Below are positions 53,365 to 63,546 of a DNA stretch of 64,000 bases, in pieces. Made by a program: the position numbers and the translations under genes. The stretch's first letter is position 1; every line of letters starts with the position of its first letter. The stretch spans positions 279,758 through 343,757 of the forward strand of contig CAVRZZ010000004.1 in NCBI GenBank assembly GCA_963725875.1, written 5' to 3'. A model generated the notes under the pieces. The model had not been told where the DNA came from, searched no databases, and worked only from the letters and a program-made list of their open reading frames with translations. The DNA comes from an uncultured Chloroflexia bacterium. Its GTDB lineage: Bacteria > Chloroflexota > Limnocylindria > Limnocylindrales > CSP1-4.

Positions 53365-53470
53365 GGCCGTTCCCTCCCACGTTCGGCGGTCGCGGTCGTA
53401 GCCAAGGGCAGTCCCCGGTCATGGGGCATTCGTCGACCGTGACGACGTTGCGCCGCGCCTGTCCCCGCGG

Positions 53471-54982
53471 TCAGGCCCTGTGCGCCGCCATCCGCCGGAC
53501 CGCGACGAGCTTCGCCGTGCCGAGCACGAGCGGCACGGAGGCGAGCAGGAGCAGGGTCACGCCGACGTCCGGCAGCGTCCACATGGTGAACCGCCAGCCA
53601 CCGACGATATCGAATTCCCGTGCGGAGCCGGCGAGCCCGATGAGGAGCGGGAGGCCCAGGAGGACGACGAGCGGGAGCGCAAGGTCGGCCAGGACAGTCC
53701 GCACCGTCATCACTCGGCGGCCGCGCCGGTCGGCCGTCCACCAGCGGCGGGTCCATGTTCGCGCCCGCCATGCATGCGCGACGAGGAGGCCCGCCAGCGC
53801 CAGCAGCACGACGTCCACGACGGCGTACACCGTGCGCACGGTCGGTGGGCCCGGCACGGGATCGGACCCGCTGCTCAGCCTGAGCACGTCGAGGGCGATG
53901 TCGGCAGCGCCGCGCGGCAGCCCGAGGAGCTGGGTAGGGTTGGCGTTCATGAGCACGACGACGCCGCGCCCGGCACCGGGCTCGACGAGGATGTCTGCGT
54001 TCGTCCCGAGGGTCGACCCGCTCTGACCGCTGGCCGCGCCTGCCGCGGCTGCGCCCATCGGCGCCCAGTCTGTCGTCAGCGCGGGCGCCGGCACGACGGC
54101 ACGCTCGCCGCCGACGATGTCGGTGCCGTTCACGGCGCCGCCCGCGGCGAGCGCCGCGACGAAGCGGGCCATGTCGTCGGCGTTCGAGACGTGGTATCCG
54201 GCGGGCACGACACCGTCCGGAAACGGCTCCGCGACGGGGACGGGCATCCCGAAGAGGTAGCGGTGGCCCGTGGGCCCGGGTGGCACGGCGTCACCCCGCG
54301 CCGCGCTCGCCGCCATCCCGAGCGGCCCGAAGACGTGGTCGGCGAGGTACGCGTCATACGGCTGGCCGCTCGCCGCCTCGATGAGGACGCCCAGGAGCAC
54401 ATAGTTGAGGTTCGAGTACTCGTAGGCGCCGACTGGCCGGTCGGGTCGGACCGACGACAGCGACCTGGCGATGCCCTCCGCTGTCAGCCCAGGCTCGTAC
54501 CAGCGGGGATCCTGGCCATCGGCCGTCGACAGGCCGCTCGTGTGGGCCAGGAGCGTCGCGACGGTCATCGCGTCGAGGTGCCCCGCCGGCGCGTCGAGGG
54601 TGAACCACGGCAGGTAGCGCACGAGCGGCGCGTCGAGGTCGATGGCGCCACTCGCCGCGAGCTGGCGGACGGCCAGGGCGGTGATCGACTTGCCGACCGA
54701 GCCGACGATGAGTTGCGACGTCGTGGTCATCGGCGAGCCATCGACGGTTGAGCCGAAGGCGCCCTCGTACACCCGCTGCCCGCGCTCGACCACGATTGCG
54801 GCGAGGCCCGGGATGCCGGATGTCTCCATCGCCTCTCGAAGGTAGGCGTCGATCGCCCCCGCGTCGTCCGAGCTCGCGACGGGGGTCGCGGCGACTGCGG
54901 CGACCAGGAACGTCCCGGCGAAGAGGGCCGCGCGTCGCAGTCGTCGCGCTGGTGCCGACGTGATCGTCTCCTCGTGGCTCAC
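53471..54982 (-). CDS. beta-lactamase-family serine hydrolase/PBP-like esterase with C-terminal TM helices
   Basis: 'GSVGKS' (SxxK), 'YSNLNY' (YxN). The N-terminal segment 'AALFAGTFLVAAVAATPVASS' is signal- or anchor-like. Two C-terminal TM helices. Confidence 0.8.
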   Translation of the reverse strand: MSHEETITSAPARRLRRAALFAGTFLVAAVAATPVASSDDAGAIDAYLREAMETSGIPGLAAIVVERGQRVYEGAFGSTVDGSPMTTTSQLIVGSVGKSITALAVRQLAASGAIDLDAPLVRYLPWFTLDAPAGHLDAMTVATLLAHTSGLSTADGQDPRWYEPGLTAEGIARSLSSVRPDRPVGAYEYSNLNYVLLGVLIEAASGQPYDAYLADHVFGPLGMAASAARGDAVPPGPTGHRYLFGMPVPVAEPFPDGVVPAGYHVSNADDMARFVAALAAGGAVNGTDIVGGERAVVPAPALTTDWAPMGAAAAGAASGQSGSTLGTNADILVEPGAGRGVVVLMNANPTQLLGLPRGAADIALDVLRLSSGSDPVPGPPTVRTVYAVVDVVLLALAGLLVAHAWRARTWTRRWWTADRRGRRVMTVRTVLADLALPLVVLLGLPLLIGLAGSAREFDIVGGWRFTMWTLPDVGVTLLLLASVPLVLGTAKLVAVRRMAAHRA

Positions 54983-55325
54983 CCGTCACCCCTCCGCGAC
55001 CGAACCGCCCGGTCCTCGTGTGCGGCGTCGCGGCGTGCTGCCGGGAGTGCGGCCATGGTGCGCCCCGTCCCCTGGGCGCACACGAGCCCGGCGTCACGAC
55101 TTCGGGCGCCATGTGGCCGGGACATGCGGGGGCGTGGCGACACCGCGCGGTGAAGTCGCCCTGCGGCACGTCGGGCGGGGCCGGCAGGAGTAGGACGCTG
55201 ACCGACACGCCCTCGTTGTCCGATCCGTGGCACGCCCGGAGGGCATCCAGCGCGCGCGAACAGCACGGACGAAGGTGGCCCGGGTGTGCGCTCGACCCCT
55301 TCCAGTGGTCTGGCATCCTGTAGCA

Positions 55326-56870
55326 GTGAGCTTCGAAGCAACGGCAGGCGTCGGCGTCGGCTCGTGGATCGAACGGCGAGCGCGGGTCCATCCGGATCGC
55401 CCCGCGATCATCACCGGGGGTCGATCGGTCACCTACGGGAAGCTGGCCGAGCGGATTCGCCGGCTGGCGGGCGGTCTCGACCGCCTCGGGGTCGTGCGGG
55501 GCGATCGCGTCGCCTGGATTGGCCCCAACCACGGCGCCTTCCTCGAGGCGTTCTTCGCGGCCGGCACGCTTGGCGCCGTCATTGCCCCGGTCAATCACGG
55601 CCTGGCGTCGAACGAGCGTGCCAAGGTGCTGGAGGACGCCGAGCCCACGGTGTTGATCGAGCATCACGCCGTGGCGCCCACCCGCGCGCCCGCCTCGGTC
55701 CGCCACCGCCTCGTCGTCGGCCCGGGTGTTGTGGCGGGCGCTATCGACTACGAGACGTTCGTCGCTGGGTCGCCGGATCATGTGCTCGAGGTACGCATCG
55801 CCCTCGACGACCTGCTCTTCCTACCCCACACCTCGGGCACGACCGGGTCTCCCAAGGGCGTGATGCTGAGCCACGGCAACGTGACCTGGAACGTCGTCAA
55901 CTTCCTGTCCCGCGCCGACTTCAGGGGCGACGACGTGACGATTGCCATCGCCCCGTTCTTCCGGGTCGGCGGCACGGGCGTCAACGTGCTGCCCGTGCTC
56001 TTCCTCGGCGGCACCGTCGTCGTGCCGGACGACGTCACTGGTGATGGGCTCCTCGGGGTCATCCAACGGCACCGTGTCAGCGTCGGCTTCGGCAACCCGG
56101 ACGTGCTTGACGAGCTGACGCGCGCCGAGCGATGGGCGGGGGCCGACCTGTCCGGCATCCGGTTCATCCTGACCGGGGGTGCACCGGTACCCGAACGGTT
56201 GATCCGCGCGTACCACGACCGCGGGGTCGCGCTGGTCCAGGGCTACGGGCTCTCAGAGGCGGGCCCCCTCGTCCTGCTTCTCGACGCCGAGCGTTCGCTC
56301 CAGAAGGTCGGGTCTGCCGGTCGACCGCCTCTGCTCGTCGACATCCGGATCGTCGATCTCGACGGGCACGATGTCGAGCCTGGCCAGACCGGCGAGCTGC
56401 TGGCACGTGGCCCGAACGTCATGTCCGGGTACTGGCGGCGACCCGCCGAGACCGGGGAGGCGCTGGTCGCAGGTGGCTGGCTGCGCACCGGTGATGCGGC
56501 TCGCGTGGACGACGAGGGCGACGTCTGGATCGTCGATCGCGTCGACGCCAGCTTCATCGCCGGCGGTCGGACGGTATATCCCGGCGATGTCGAGCGCCAG
56601 CTCATGACCCATCCCGCGGTCGCCGACGCCGGGGTCGTGCCGATTGCCACCCCCGAGGGCGACATGGCCGGAGCGGCGTTCGTCGTCCTGCTGCCCGGGA
56701 GCTCGGTGACCGAGACGGAGCTTCTCGAGTTCGCCCGCAGGCGCCTCGGCCCATACGAGGTGCCGTCCTCGATCACCCCTCTCGACCGGCTCCCGCGGAG
56801 CTCGGTCGGCAAGCTGCTGCGGGCCGACCTGCGCACTCTCGCCGGTAGTGAGGCCGCCGAGGAGGGTTGA
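55326..56870 (+). CDS. AMP-dependent acyl-CoA synthetase/ligase
   Basis: 'LPHTSGTTGSPKGV', 'GYGLSEAG', 'GWLRTGDAA'. GTG start assumed. The ORF table begins at 55227. Confidence 0.8.
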   Translation: MSFEATAGVGVGSWIERRARVHPDRPAIITGGRSVTYGKLAERIRRLAGGLDRLGVVRGDRVAWIGPNHGAFLEAFFAAGTLGAVIAPVNHGLASNERAKVLEDAEPTVLIEHHAVAPTRAPASVRHRLVVGPGVVAGAIDYETFVAGSPDHVLEVRIALDDLLFLPHTSGTTGSPKGVMLSHGNVTWNVVNFLSRADFRGDDVTIAIAPFFRVGGTGVNVLPVLFLGGTVVVPDDVTGDGLLGVIQRHRVSVGFGNPDVLDELTRAERWAGADLSGIRFILTGGAPVPERLIRAYHDRGVALVQGYGLSEAGPLVLLLDAERSLQKVGSAGRPPLLVDIRIVDLDGHDVEPGQTGELLARGPNVMSGYWRRPAETGEALVAGGWLRTGDAARVDDEGDVWIVDRVDASFIAGGRTVYPGDVERQLMTHPAVADAGVVPIATPEGDMAGAAFVVLLPGSSVTETELLEFARRRLGPYEVPSSITPLDRLPRSSVGKLLRADLRTLAGSEAAEEG

Positions 56871-56879
56871 CCGCGCGGA

Positions 56880-57110
56880 GCCGGAGTACCTGGCGCGCCC
56901 GGTACCGGGACGGCGGCCTCGATGCCCTCGAGCCGCGCTCGCGCCGGCCACGCAGCAACCCCGGCCGGACGCCGGAGGAGGTCCGGCTGGTAACGCCCGA
57001 ACCGCTCAAGCGCCCGCGCAGCTCGTGGATCCGCTTCGAGGCCTCGGCGCCCAACGAGCCGTGGCAGCCCGACCTTGGTCCCATCGGGCATCGTGACCCG
57101 ATGATCAGGC
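56880..57110 (+). mobile_element. remnant of a transposase N-terminus (HTH_32-like segment fused to the start of a DDE core), heavily deleted
   Basis: 'WRARYRDGGLDALEPRSRRPRSNPGRTPEEV' and 'RFEASAPNEPWQPDL' resemble the IS481/IS3-type 'RSRRPHRSPxRTP' and 'PGELWQxD' blocks. No complete ORF. Confidence 0.5.
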
Positions 57111-57166
57111 CGCATGCCGTCCCTCACCACGCGCCCGTGTTGCCTGGGCGCTCGCGTCGGCGAGCC

Positions 57167-57886
57167 TCAGCTCGCGATCGACCGGATCCGCTCGGTCGTC
57201 GTGGGGACCGATCGCTCCACGAGCCTCCAGGCGCCGTCGCGCCAGACCTCGTAGGCGCGGAACACGCACGGCACACCCTTGGCCGTCACCACCTCTGGCC
57301 CGTCCATCAACTGGAAGTGGAGGTGCGGGGCGGTCGAGTTGCCGGTGTGACCCACCCGTCCGAGCACGTCGCCCTCGTGTACGACCTGGCCGGGCGTGAC
57401 CGCCACCGACCCGGTCGTCAGGTGGGCGAACCCGGCATAGGCCTCGTCGCAGCGGAGGATGACGTGGTTGCCGAGAACCCGGTGCAGCCCGTCTGGTGTG
57501 GCCCGGAAGGTGACTGCTGTCCTGAGCACGAGGGCGAGCTCCCGCAGGGGGTGGATCCTGGCGCGCTCGGGCAGCCCGTCCCGGGCTGCGACGACCTCTC
57601 CGTCGAGGGGCGCATGGACGGGTTCCCCCCAGCCGTGGCACTCGCGGGTCGGTACGCCGACCAGCAGGGTCCGCAGGCCGCCGGCGGGGTGGTAGCGGCC
57701 ATTCCGGTCGGGATCGAAGCGGATGAGGTCGAACGCGTAGCGCTGCGCCAGCATGTCGGTCCCGTGGCTCGGGATCCGGCTCCCGGGCGAGTGCACGGCC
57801 ATCCACTCGCCACGCAGGGGAAAGTCGACAACGAGCGCCCCCTCGAGCTCGGACGGAGACCCGGGAACATCCACGCTCGGGATCAT
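57167..57886 (-). CDS. M23-family metallopeptidase (peptidoglycan endopeptidase-like)
   Basis: 'HxxxD' then 'GHTGNSTAPHLHFQL' zinc-binding motifs. Confidence 0.75.
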   Translation of the reverse strand: MIPSVDVPGSPSELEGALVVDFPLRGEWMAVHSPGSRIPSHGTDMLAQRYAFDLIRFDPDRNGRYHPAGGLRTLLVGVPTRECHGWGEPVHAPLDGEVVAARDGLPERARIHPLRELALVLRTAVTFRATPDGLHRVLGNHVILRCDEAYAGFAHLTTGSVAVTPGQVVHEGDVLGRVGHTGNSTAPHLHFQLMDGPEVVTAKGVPCVFRAYEVWRDGAWRLVERSVPTTTERIRSIAS

Positions 57887-57928
57887 AGGCTCGTCCCGCG
57901 TGGTCGGGCGGCTCGTCGCCGGCTGCCT

Positions 57929-57975
57929 TGGCGCGCCCTGAGGGCGTCGGGCGCGCAGGAGCCGGACAGATCCGC
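57929..57975. repeat. dispersed intergenic repeat, type A (TTGGCGCGCCCTGAGGGCGTCGGGCGCGCAGGAGCCGGACAGATCCGC)
   Basis: Near-identical to 60712..60759. It lies in the divergent M23/GT4 promoter region. Confidence 0.7.
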
Positions 57976-58129
57976 GGCCGGCCGATCTCAACCGCGCCGC
58001 TTCCCGGAGCGCAGGCTCGGTGCCATGGCTGTCGACCCGAGACGCCACCGCGCAGGTGATCCACTCCCGAGGAACCCCGGGTCGGCATCGCAGGCTTCAC
58101 CGCCGGCCGTGTTCAGGCAGGATGGGGGG

Positions 58130-59374
58130 ATGCGGATCCTGCTCTGGCACGGTTACCTGCTCGGCGGCACCGGCTCCAACGTCTACACGCGCCAGCTCGC
58201 GCGTGCGTGGATGCGGGCGGGACACGACGTCACGGTGTTCTGCCAGGAGCCGCGACCCGACGCGCACGACCTCGGCGGCGCACCCGTCGTCCGGCCTGAC
58301 GTCGGTGGACTCCTGCCGGTGTTCGTCGTGGACCGCTACGAGGGATACGAGGTCAAGCTCGTTCAGGACTGCCGGGTCGACGAGCTCGATCGCTGGGTGG
58401 AGGCGAATGCCAGGGCCGTGATCGAGCACCTCCCGGCCGACGTCGTCTTCTGCAATCACGTCCTGCTCGGGGGACCGGTCGGCGTGGCCAGCGGCTCGCG
58501 CTTCGCGGTGAAGGCGCATGGCTCGGAGCTCGAGTACGCGATGCGGGGCAACCCGACCCTGGCGGCGTGGGGGCGAGACTGCCTTCAGCAGGCCGCTGCT
58601 ACCTTCGTCGGCTCCGCCCACGTGCGTCGCGTTCTCGGGGACGTGTGCGGCCACGTCGATCGCGTCCACGAAGTCCCGCCGGGGGTCGACATCGACGACT
58701 GGATGCCAGAGGAGCGGGCTACGGCGCTCGCCGCCCTCCTGGCTGAGGCATGGCGCGACCCCCCGAACCCGGCCAACGCCGAGGAGCGGCTTCCCGACGA
58801 AGGGAACGCCGAGCGCCTCGGCCGATTCCTCGACGGCGACCGGCCGACGGTCGTCTACTTCGGGAAGCTCATGCGCAACAAGGGGGTGCACGTGCTCCTC
58901 GAGGCGCTCGACGGCGTCGACGCACGCACGATCATCGTCGGCTTTGGGGATCACCGTCCGGAGCTGGAACGGCTCGCCGGCGAAGGAGTCCTCTTCACGG
59001 GTCCGCTCGAGCACCGGCATCTTGTGCACCTGCTCGCCCTGGCTGACGCGTGCGTCGTCCCGTCAACCTTTCCCGAGGCGTTCGGGATGGTTGCCGCCGA
59101 AGCCGCTGCCACCGGGTGCCCGCCGCTGGTTGCGCGCCACTCTGGGCTTGCGGAGATCGCCGCCGGCCTCGCGGAGGAATACCCGCCGGAGCTGCGCCAC
59201 CTCGCCGGCTTCACCTCGGGCGACGTGGGTGATCTCCGGGTGAAGCTCACTGAGCTCCTCGCCCTCGGCCCGACCGATCGGGCGGCCATTCGCGCCTCGG
59301 CGCGGCGGGCCGCGGTGGAGCGGTGGAGCTGGACCAGTGTCGCGCACCGGCTCCTGGAGCCGCTCGCACGCTGA
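58130..59374 (+). CDS. GT4-family (GT-B, 'glycosyl transferase group 1') glycosyltransferase
   Basis: 'MRILLWHGYLLGGTGSNVYTRQLARAWMRAGHDVTVF' and the EX7E-like region 'PSTFPEAFGMVAAEAAATGCPPLV'. Confidence 0.85.
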   Translation: MRILLWHGYLLGGTGSNVYTRQLARAWMRAGHDVTVFCQEPRPDAHDLGGAPVVRPDVGGLLPVFVVDRYEGYEVKLVQDCRVDELDRWVEANARAVIEHLPADVVFCNHVLLGGPVGVASGSRFAVKAHGSELEYAMRGNPTLAAWGRDCLQQAAATFVGSAHVRRVLGDVCGHVDRVHEVPPGVDIDDWMPEERATALAALLAEAWRDPPNPANAEERLPDEGNAERLGRFLDGDRPTVVYFGKLMRNKGVHVLLEALDGVDARTIIVGFGDHRPELERLAGEGVLFTGPLEHRHLVHLLALADACVVPSTFPEAFGMVAAEAAATGCPPLVARHSGLAEIAAGLAEEYPPELRHLAGFTSGDVGDLRVKLTELLALGPTDRAAIRASARRAAVERWSWTSVAHRLLEPLAR

Positions 59375-59403
59375 CACGAGTCCTCGTTCCCCGCTCAGAT
59401 CGA

Positions 59404-59490
59404 TGGCGCGCCCGGAGGGCTGCCAACACTCTCTGCCAACCATCGTGACTGAGGGAGTGGACGTGCTGATTGAGGCACTCCGAGCCGCGT
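59404..59490. repeat. dispersed intergenic repeat, type B (shared 5' core TGGCGCGCCCGGAGGG plus a conserved CGCCAAC..TCGTGAyTGAGGG..GACGTG segment with a stem-loop GGAGTG-N16-CACTCC)
   Basis: About 80% identical to 63424..63510. It lies in a convergent intergenic region. Confidence 0.7.
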
Positions 59491-59628
59491 AGCCAGTGGG
59501 CTACGCGGACGGGAACGACCTGGACCGGACGGATTGGTCGGAATCGGCCAATGCCAAGTCGGATGGCACTCCAGAGAAGCAGCCCGCTCGTCCTCGGAGG
59601 GCGAGCGGAGCGCCGTGGGGAGCCACGG

Positions 59629-59985
59629 CTAAGGACCGTCGAGCCTCAGCCGCGTGCCTCTCAGCGTGATCTGGCGATCGTCGACGCCGCCGTCCGGGAG
59701 CGGTCGGGAGATCGAGCCGGACACCTCGTAGGTCTCCCCGTCCTCGGATACTTCCACGCTGCCCGCGGCGGTCTGCCAGCCGACGAATGAACGGTCTTCC
59801 GCCTCGATGGGGCGTGTGACCAGGAGTTCCGCGCGGCGGTCGCCCGTCGCTCGCCAGACGCCCTGCGCGCCATGAAACGCGGAAGTGACGAGCATGGTCC
59901 CGTCCTCGCGGAAGCCATGGGTGACGCGGCTCCTCGTCGCGTCCTCGACTTCGACCAACCAGACCCCGACGAGTGGGTGGGTCAT
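59629..59985 (-). CDS. hypothetical small protein (118 aa)
   Basis: ATGA overlap with the upstream SRPBCC gene. No motif recognised. Confidence 0.5.
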   Translation of the reverse strand: MTHPLVGVWLVEVEDATRSRVTHGFREDGTMLVTSAFHGAQGVWRATGDRRAELLVTRPIEAEDRSFVGWQTAAGSVEVSEDGETYEVSGSISRPLPDGGVDDRQITLRGTRLRLDGP

Positions 59986-60398
59986 ATCGCCTCGGCCTCG
60001 ATCAGCTCCTTCATGTTCCGAAGGCTTCGCTCCATGAAGGCCGGGTCGAACCGGTCGATCCCGGCAGGCAACTGCACCGACGTCGCGAGCCGGGTCGCGG
60101 TCCTCCCGACGGCGTCGAAGGTCGTCCGGCCGGCGATCTCGAAGGGTCCGTCGCGGATGACCATCCCGATGGCGCGCTCAGGTTCGAACTCGACGACCTC
60201 CATGGTCCCCTCCACCGGGGTCGCCCCGCGGGTGTTCCGGCGCCGGATGACCGTCCCGACGCCGATCGGTCCGTCGGTCACCGGCCAGAGCTCGATGCCC
60301 GGATCCCAGCGCGGATGGTTCCGGATGTGCTCGACGGCGTAGAAGTCGAACACCACGGCCGGCGGGCGTTCGATGACGATCGATCGCTCAACGTTCAT
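59982..60398 (-). CDS. SRPBCC (polyketide cyclase/dehydrase, Bet v1-like) family protein
   Basis: 'MNVERSIVIERPPAVVFDFYAVEHIRNHPRWDPGIE...' has the typical SRPBCC N-terminus. Confidence 0.65.
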   Translation of the reverse strand: MNVERSIVIERPPAVVFDFYAVEHIRNHPRWDPGIELWPVTDGPIGVGTVIRRRNTRGATPVEGTMEVVEFEPERAIGMVIRDGPFEIAGRTTFDAVGRTATRLATSVQLPAGIDRFDPAFMERSLRNMKELIEAEAI

Positions 60399-60711
60399 GG
60401 TCCCCCTCCCTGACCGCGGCGTCGGCGCCCCGCGTCGGCGGATTGTGCCCGCCCCATCGGCGGTTGTCCAGACGCGCCACGAGCCATCCGTGTCCCCAAC
60501 CACGGTGGTGGGGCCAGCACCGCCGCGCTGGGCAGTGCCGGGGCTCGGGACAGCCGGCTGAGGAAGCCCCGCCGAGAGGCGAACGGCCCCCCGCCCGACC
60601 GGTGCGCGTCCCATCTACGCCCGGTGCGGAGCCGGGGGCGAGCGTCGGAGCGAGGGTAACGACGTCCGCTCATCGCTCATCGCCTCGGCGACGTTGCGGG
60701 CGAGGAGGAGC

Positions 60712-60759
60712 ATGGCGCACCCGGAGGGCGTCGGGCGCGCAGGAGCCGGACAGATCCGC
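60712..60759. repeat. dispersed intergenic repeat, type A copy 2
   Basis: 'atggcgcacccggagggcgtcgggcgcgcaggagccggacagatccgc'. It lies in a divergent promoter region. Confidence 0.7.
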
Positions 60760-60775
60760 AGCGCATACTCAGGCA

Positions 60776-61771
60776 ATGGCGGAGATGCCCGGCTTCACGC
60801 CGAGCGTGAACCGTTCGATCATCGTCGGCATCCCGGACCTGCCGGGAGGGCTCCGTGGGGCACGCGCCTTCGACTGGCTGTCGAGCGTCGGCATCGCCCG
60901 CCGGGTCCGCGAGCGGCTCCCGGGCGTCGATCTCGCCCCCGTGCCGGACGGGCTTGGGACGGACGTCATCATCGCTGCGGCGCCGTACCCGAGGGCACTC
61001 GACGCCATGGTCACGGCAGGTGACGCCACGGCCATGGCGCTTGCCGACGATCTCGGGGTGGCGCTCGCGGGGCTCGTCGTGACGCTCGTTCTTGGACCCC
61101 CGGATGCGCGCGCCGCACGCCCCGACTGGCCGGCCGAGCACTGGGAGCGCTGGGCGGCCGTGCGCCGGATCGTGCTGGGGGGCGGGATCGCCTCCGGTGT
61201 GCTCGGCAGGCGACTGGTCGCGTCTGCGACCGCGTGGCTACCCCGCCTGGGCGGGAGCGAGGTTCACCTCCGGCTGGCCGACGATCCCGGATCGCTGGCC
61301 CTGCTCGGCGCCGCGACGAGGCTGCCTGACGGGCCGGCGGTGCTCGTCGATGCCGGTCTCACGTGGATCAAGCGTGGACTCGCCACGGTTCACGACGGGC
61401 GATGCGTCACCCTTACCACCATGGCGGCCGTGACCCCACCGCTCGGCCCGCGAGCTGGCGCGCTCGCCGACTTCCTTGCGGACGCGGCCGCCGACGTCGT
61501 CCAGGGCTCGAGCGTGTCGTCGGCCGGGTTCGCAGTCGCCGCAGACGTGGATACGATCGGCCAGCCGCTCGCCGGCCAGCCGGGACTCTACGGGTCCCTT
61601 GGGACGGTCTTGCTCGCACGACGGCTTGCCGACCGCCTCGGAGATCGCCTCGGCTACCCGGTCACCGTGCAGACCGTCAACGACGGGGATGCCGCGGCCG
61701 CGGCGATGGCCGGAGAGGCGGACGCGGTGATCATGCTGGGAACGGCGATCGGCGTCGGGCTCAACGTCTGA
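60776..61771 (+). CDS. hypothetical protein (possibly ASKHA/ROK-like fold; unassigned)
   Basis: 'MAEMPGFTPSVNRSIIVGIPDLPGG...AAAMAGEADAVIMLGTAIGVGL'. No firm motif. Confidence 0.5.
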   Translation: MAEMPGFTPSVNRSIIVGIPDLPGGLRGARAFDWLSSVGIARRVRERLPGVDLAPVPDGLGTDVIIAAAPYPRALDAMVTAGDATAMALADDLGVALAGLVVTLVLGPPDARAARPDWPAEHWERWAAVRRIVLGGGIASGVLGRRLVASATAWLPRLGGSEVHLRLADDPGSLALLGAATRLPDGPAVLVDAGLTWIKRGLATVHDGRCVTLTTMAAVTPPLGPRAGALADFLADAAADVVQGSSVSSAGFAVAADVDTIGQPLAGQPGLYGSLGTVLLARRLADRLGDRLGYPVTVQTVNDGDAAAAAMAGEADAVIMLGTAIGVGLNV

Positions 61772-61860
61772 GGGCCCGCGGCCGCGACGTGGGTGCCCGA
61801 CAGGGCGGCATCCGCTCCCGTGTCGCCGGCCGGCCGATCGCACCGGGGTTCGGGAAGACC

Positions 61861-61895
61861 TGGCGCGCCCGGAGGGCGTCGTGACTTTGCCCAGC
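61861..61895. repeat. dispersed intergenic repeat, short hybrid copy (TGGCGCGCCCGGAGGGCGTCGTGACTTTGCC)
   Basis: Shares the core with type A and the CGTGACT segment with type B. Confidence 0.6.
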
Positions 61896-62259
61896 AGCCC
61901 GACGGTTCGATCTGGGCGACCACGGACTCCTCGGCATCGAACCATCCGGCATCGCGTTCGACGCGCGCGCCGACGGACGAAGCCGCTGCGGGAGCGTCCT
62001 GAGCCACGGGAGCGCACCGCGACGCAGCTCGGCCAGGTCGAGGGCTCGGGCACTGCGCGGGCGCTCGGCCATGAACCGCTCGATGGTCTGCTCGAGTCGC
62101 GAGCCGAGTGACCGCCCGGCCGCGCGCCCGATCTCGCGGAGCGTGCCCGCGTCGCGATGGACGTGATCCGATGTGGCGCTCACGGTCTGCGCGTCCTGCC
62201 CTGGCCACCTGGGAGTCGGGGGGATGAGTTCGCGCGGATGCGCTGCGATACTCAATGCG

Positions 62260-63405
62260 ATGTCCCTTCGCGCGTCATCCGCGGACGGTGGCCCGATCGC
62301 TGCGATGCGGCTGACGGCCCAGCGCCTCGGCACCACGCGTTCCGCGTCGCCCGCGGACGCGGTGCGGTGGATGCTGGCCGTCCAGGCGCAGGAGCTGCCG
62401 GGCGCGAAGTGGTCGCTGGGGTTGCGCACCGCTGGCTGCACGGAGGCCGCCGTGGACGCGGCGCTCAACGCGGGTGAGATTGTCCGCTCCTGGCCGTTGC
62501 GCGGAACCCTCCACCTCGTAGCTGCCGAGGACATCGTCTGGCTCCTCTCGCTCACAGGATCGCGCCAGATCGGCCGCGCGGCGTCTCGTCGCAGCGCGCT
62601 CGGGATCACGGACTCGGACATCGGGCGCGCTGATGACGCGGTGCGGGCTGCCCTCGCAGGCAGGCGCACTCTGCCCCGGGACCAGCTCCTCGCGCGGATC
62701 CGGGCGGCCGGTGTTGCGACGGACGGCCAGCGGGGCTACCACCTGATATGGCACCTGGCGCACGGGGGGACGCTCGTCATGGGCGCTGCCGACGGTCGGG
62801 GCCAGGTGTTCGCGCTGCTCGAGGACTGGGTGACGATCCCGCCGACCATCGACCGCGACGAGGCCCTCGGCCAGCTCGCCCTTCGCTATCTGCGATCCCA
62901 CGGCCCCGCAGGCGACGCGGACCTGGCTCGGTGGGCGGGCATCCCCCTCGGCGAGGCTCGGCGGGGACGCGCCATCTGCGGCGCCGTGCTGGCGACGATC
63001 GAGCTCGGAGGCAGGACCTACCACCTCGACCCCGACACGCTCGATCGCGAGACGGCTGCCGTTCCCCCACCTGTGACCCGGACCCTCTTGCTGCCGGGCT
63101 TCGATGAGTACCTCCTGGGGTACGGGGATCGGTCGGCGGTCCTGGCACCCGAGCATGCCGACCGCATCGTCCCCGGCGGCAACGGGCTGTTCCGGCCGAC
63201 GATCGTCGTCGACGGCCGGGTGGTCGGCACGTGGCGCCGGACGGCCCGCGCCGGAGACATCCTCGTCGTTCCCGAGCTGTTCGGCCCGCCTGATGCCGAG
63301 CTGCTCGCCGGCCTCTCTGACGCGGCCAGGGCATACGGGTCGTTCCTGGGTCGGGACGCCCTCCTCGCCACTATCGGACTCGCGGCGCCTGGCGCGTCAA
63401 CCTGA
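62260..63405 (+). CDS. YcaQ/AlkZ-family (DUF1006) winged-helix DNA glycosylase-like protein, second paralogue
   Basis: 'AVRWMLAVQAQELPGAKWSLGLR' matches the 'VVAVQAQEP' block of the first copy. The ORF table starts at 62173; the ATG at 62260 is preferred. Confidence 0.65.
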   Translation: MSLRASSADGGPIAAMRLTAQRLGTTRSASPADAVRWMLAVQAQELPGAKWSLGLRTAGCTEAAVDAALNAGEIVRSWPLRGTLHLVAAEDIVWLLSLTGSRQIGRAASRRSALGITDSDIGRADDAVRAALAGRRTLPRDQLLARIRAAGVATDGQRGYHLIWHLAHGGTLVMGAADGRGQVFALLEDWVTIPPTIDRDEALGQLALRYLRSHGPAGDADLARWAGIPLGEARRGRAICGAVLATIELGGRTYHLDPDTLDRETAAVPPPVTRTLLLPGFDEYLLGYGDRSAVLAPEHADRIVPGGNGLFRPTIVVDGRVVGTWRRTARAGDILVVPELFGPPDAELLAGLSDAARAYGSFLGRDALLATIGLAAPGAST

Positions 63406-63423
63406 GGTCAATGCACGACGAGC

Positions 63424-63510
63424 TGGCGCGCCCGGAGGGATCCGAACCCGCTCCGCCAACATTCGTGATTGAGGGCGTCGACGTGTCTGTCGCGACCCTA
63501 CGAGCTGCGT
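63424..63510. repeat. dispersed intergenic repeat, type B copy 2
   Basis: 'tggcgcgcccggagggatccgaacccgctccgccaacattcgtgattgagggcgtcgacgtgtctg'. It lies in a convergent intergenic region. Confidence 0.7.
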
Positions 63511-63546
63511 GAAGGGGGATTGTCGCCCCGATGCCGCGGCAGGAGC

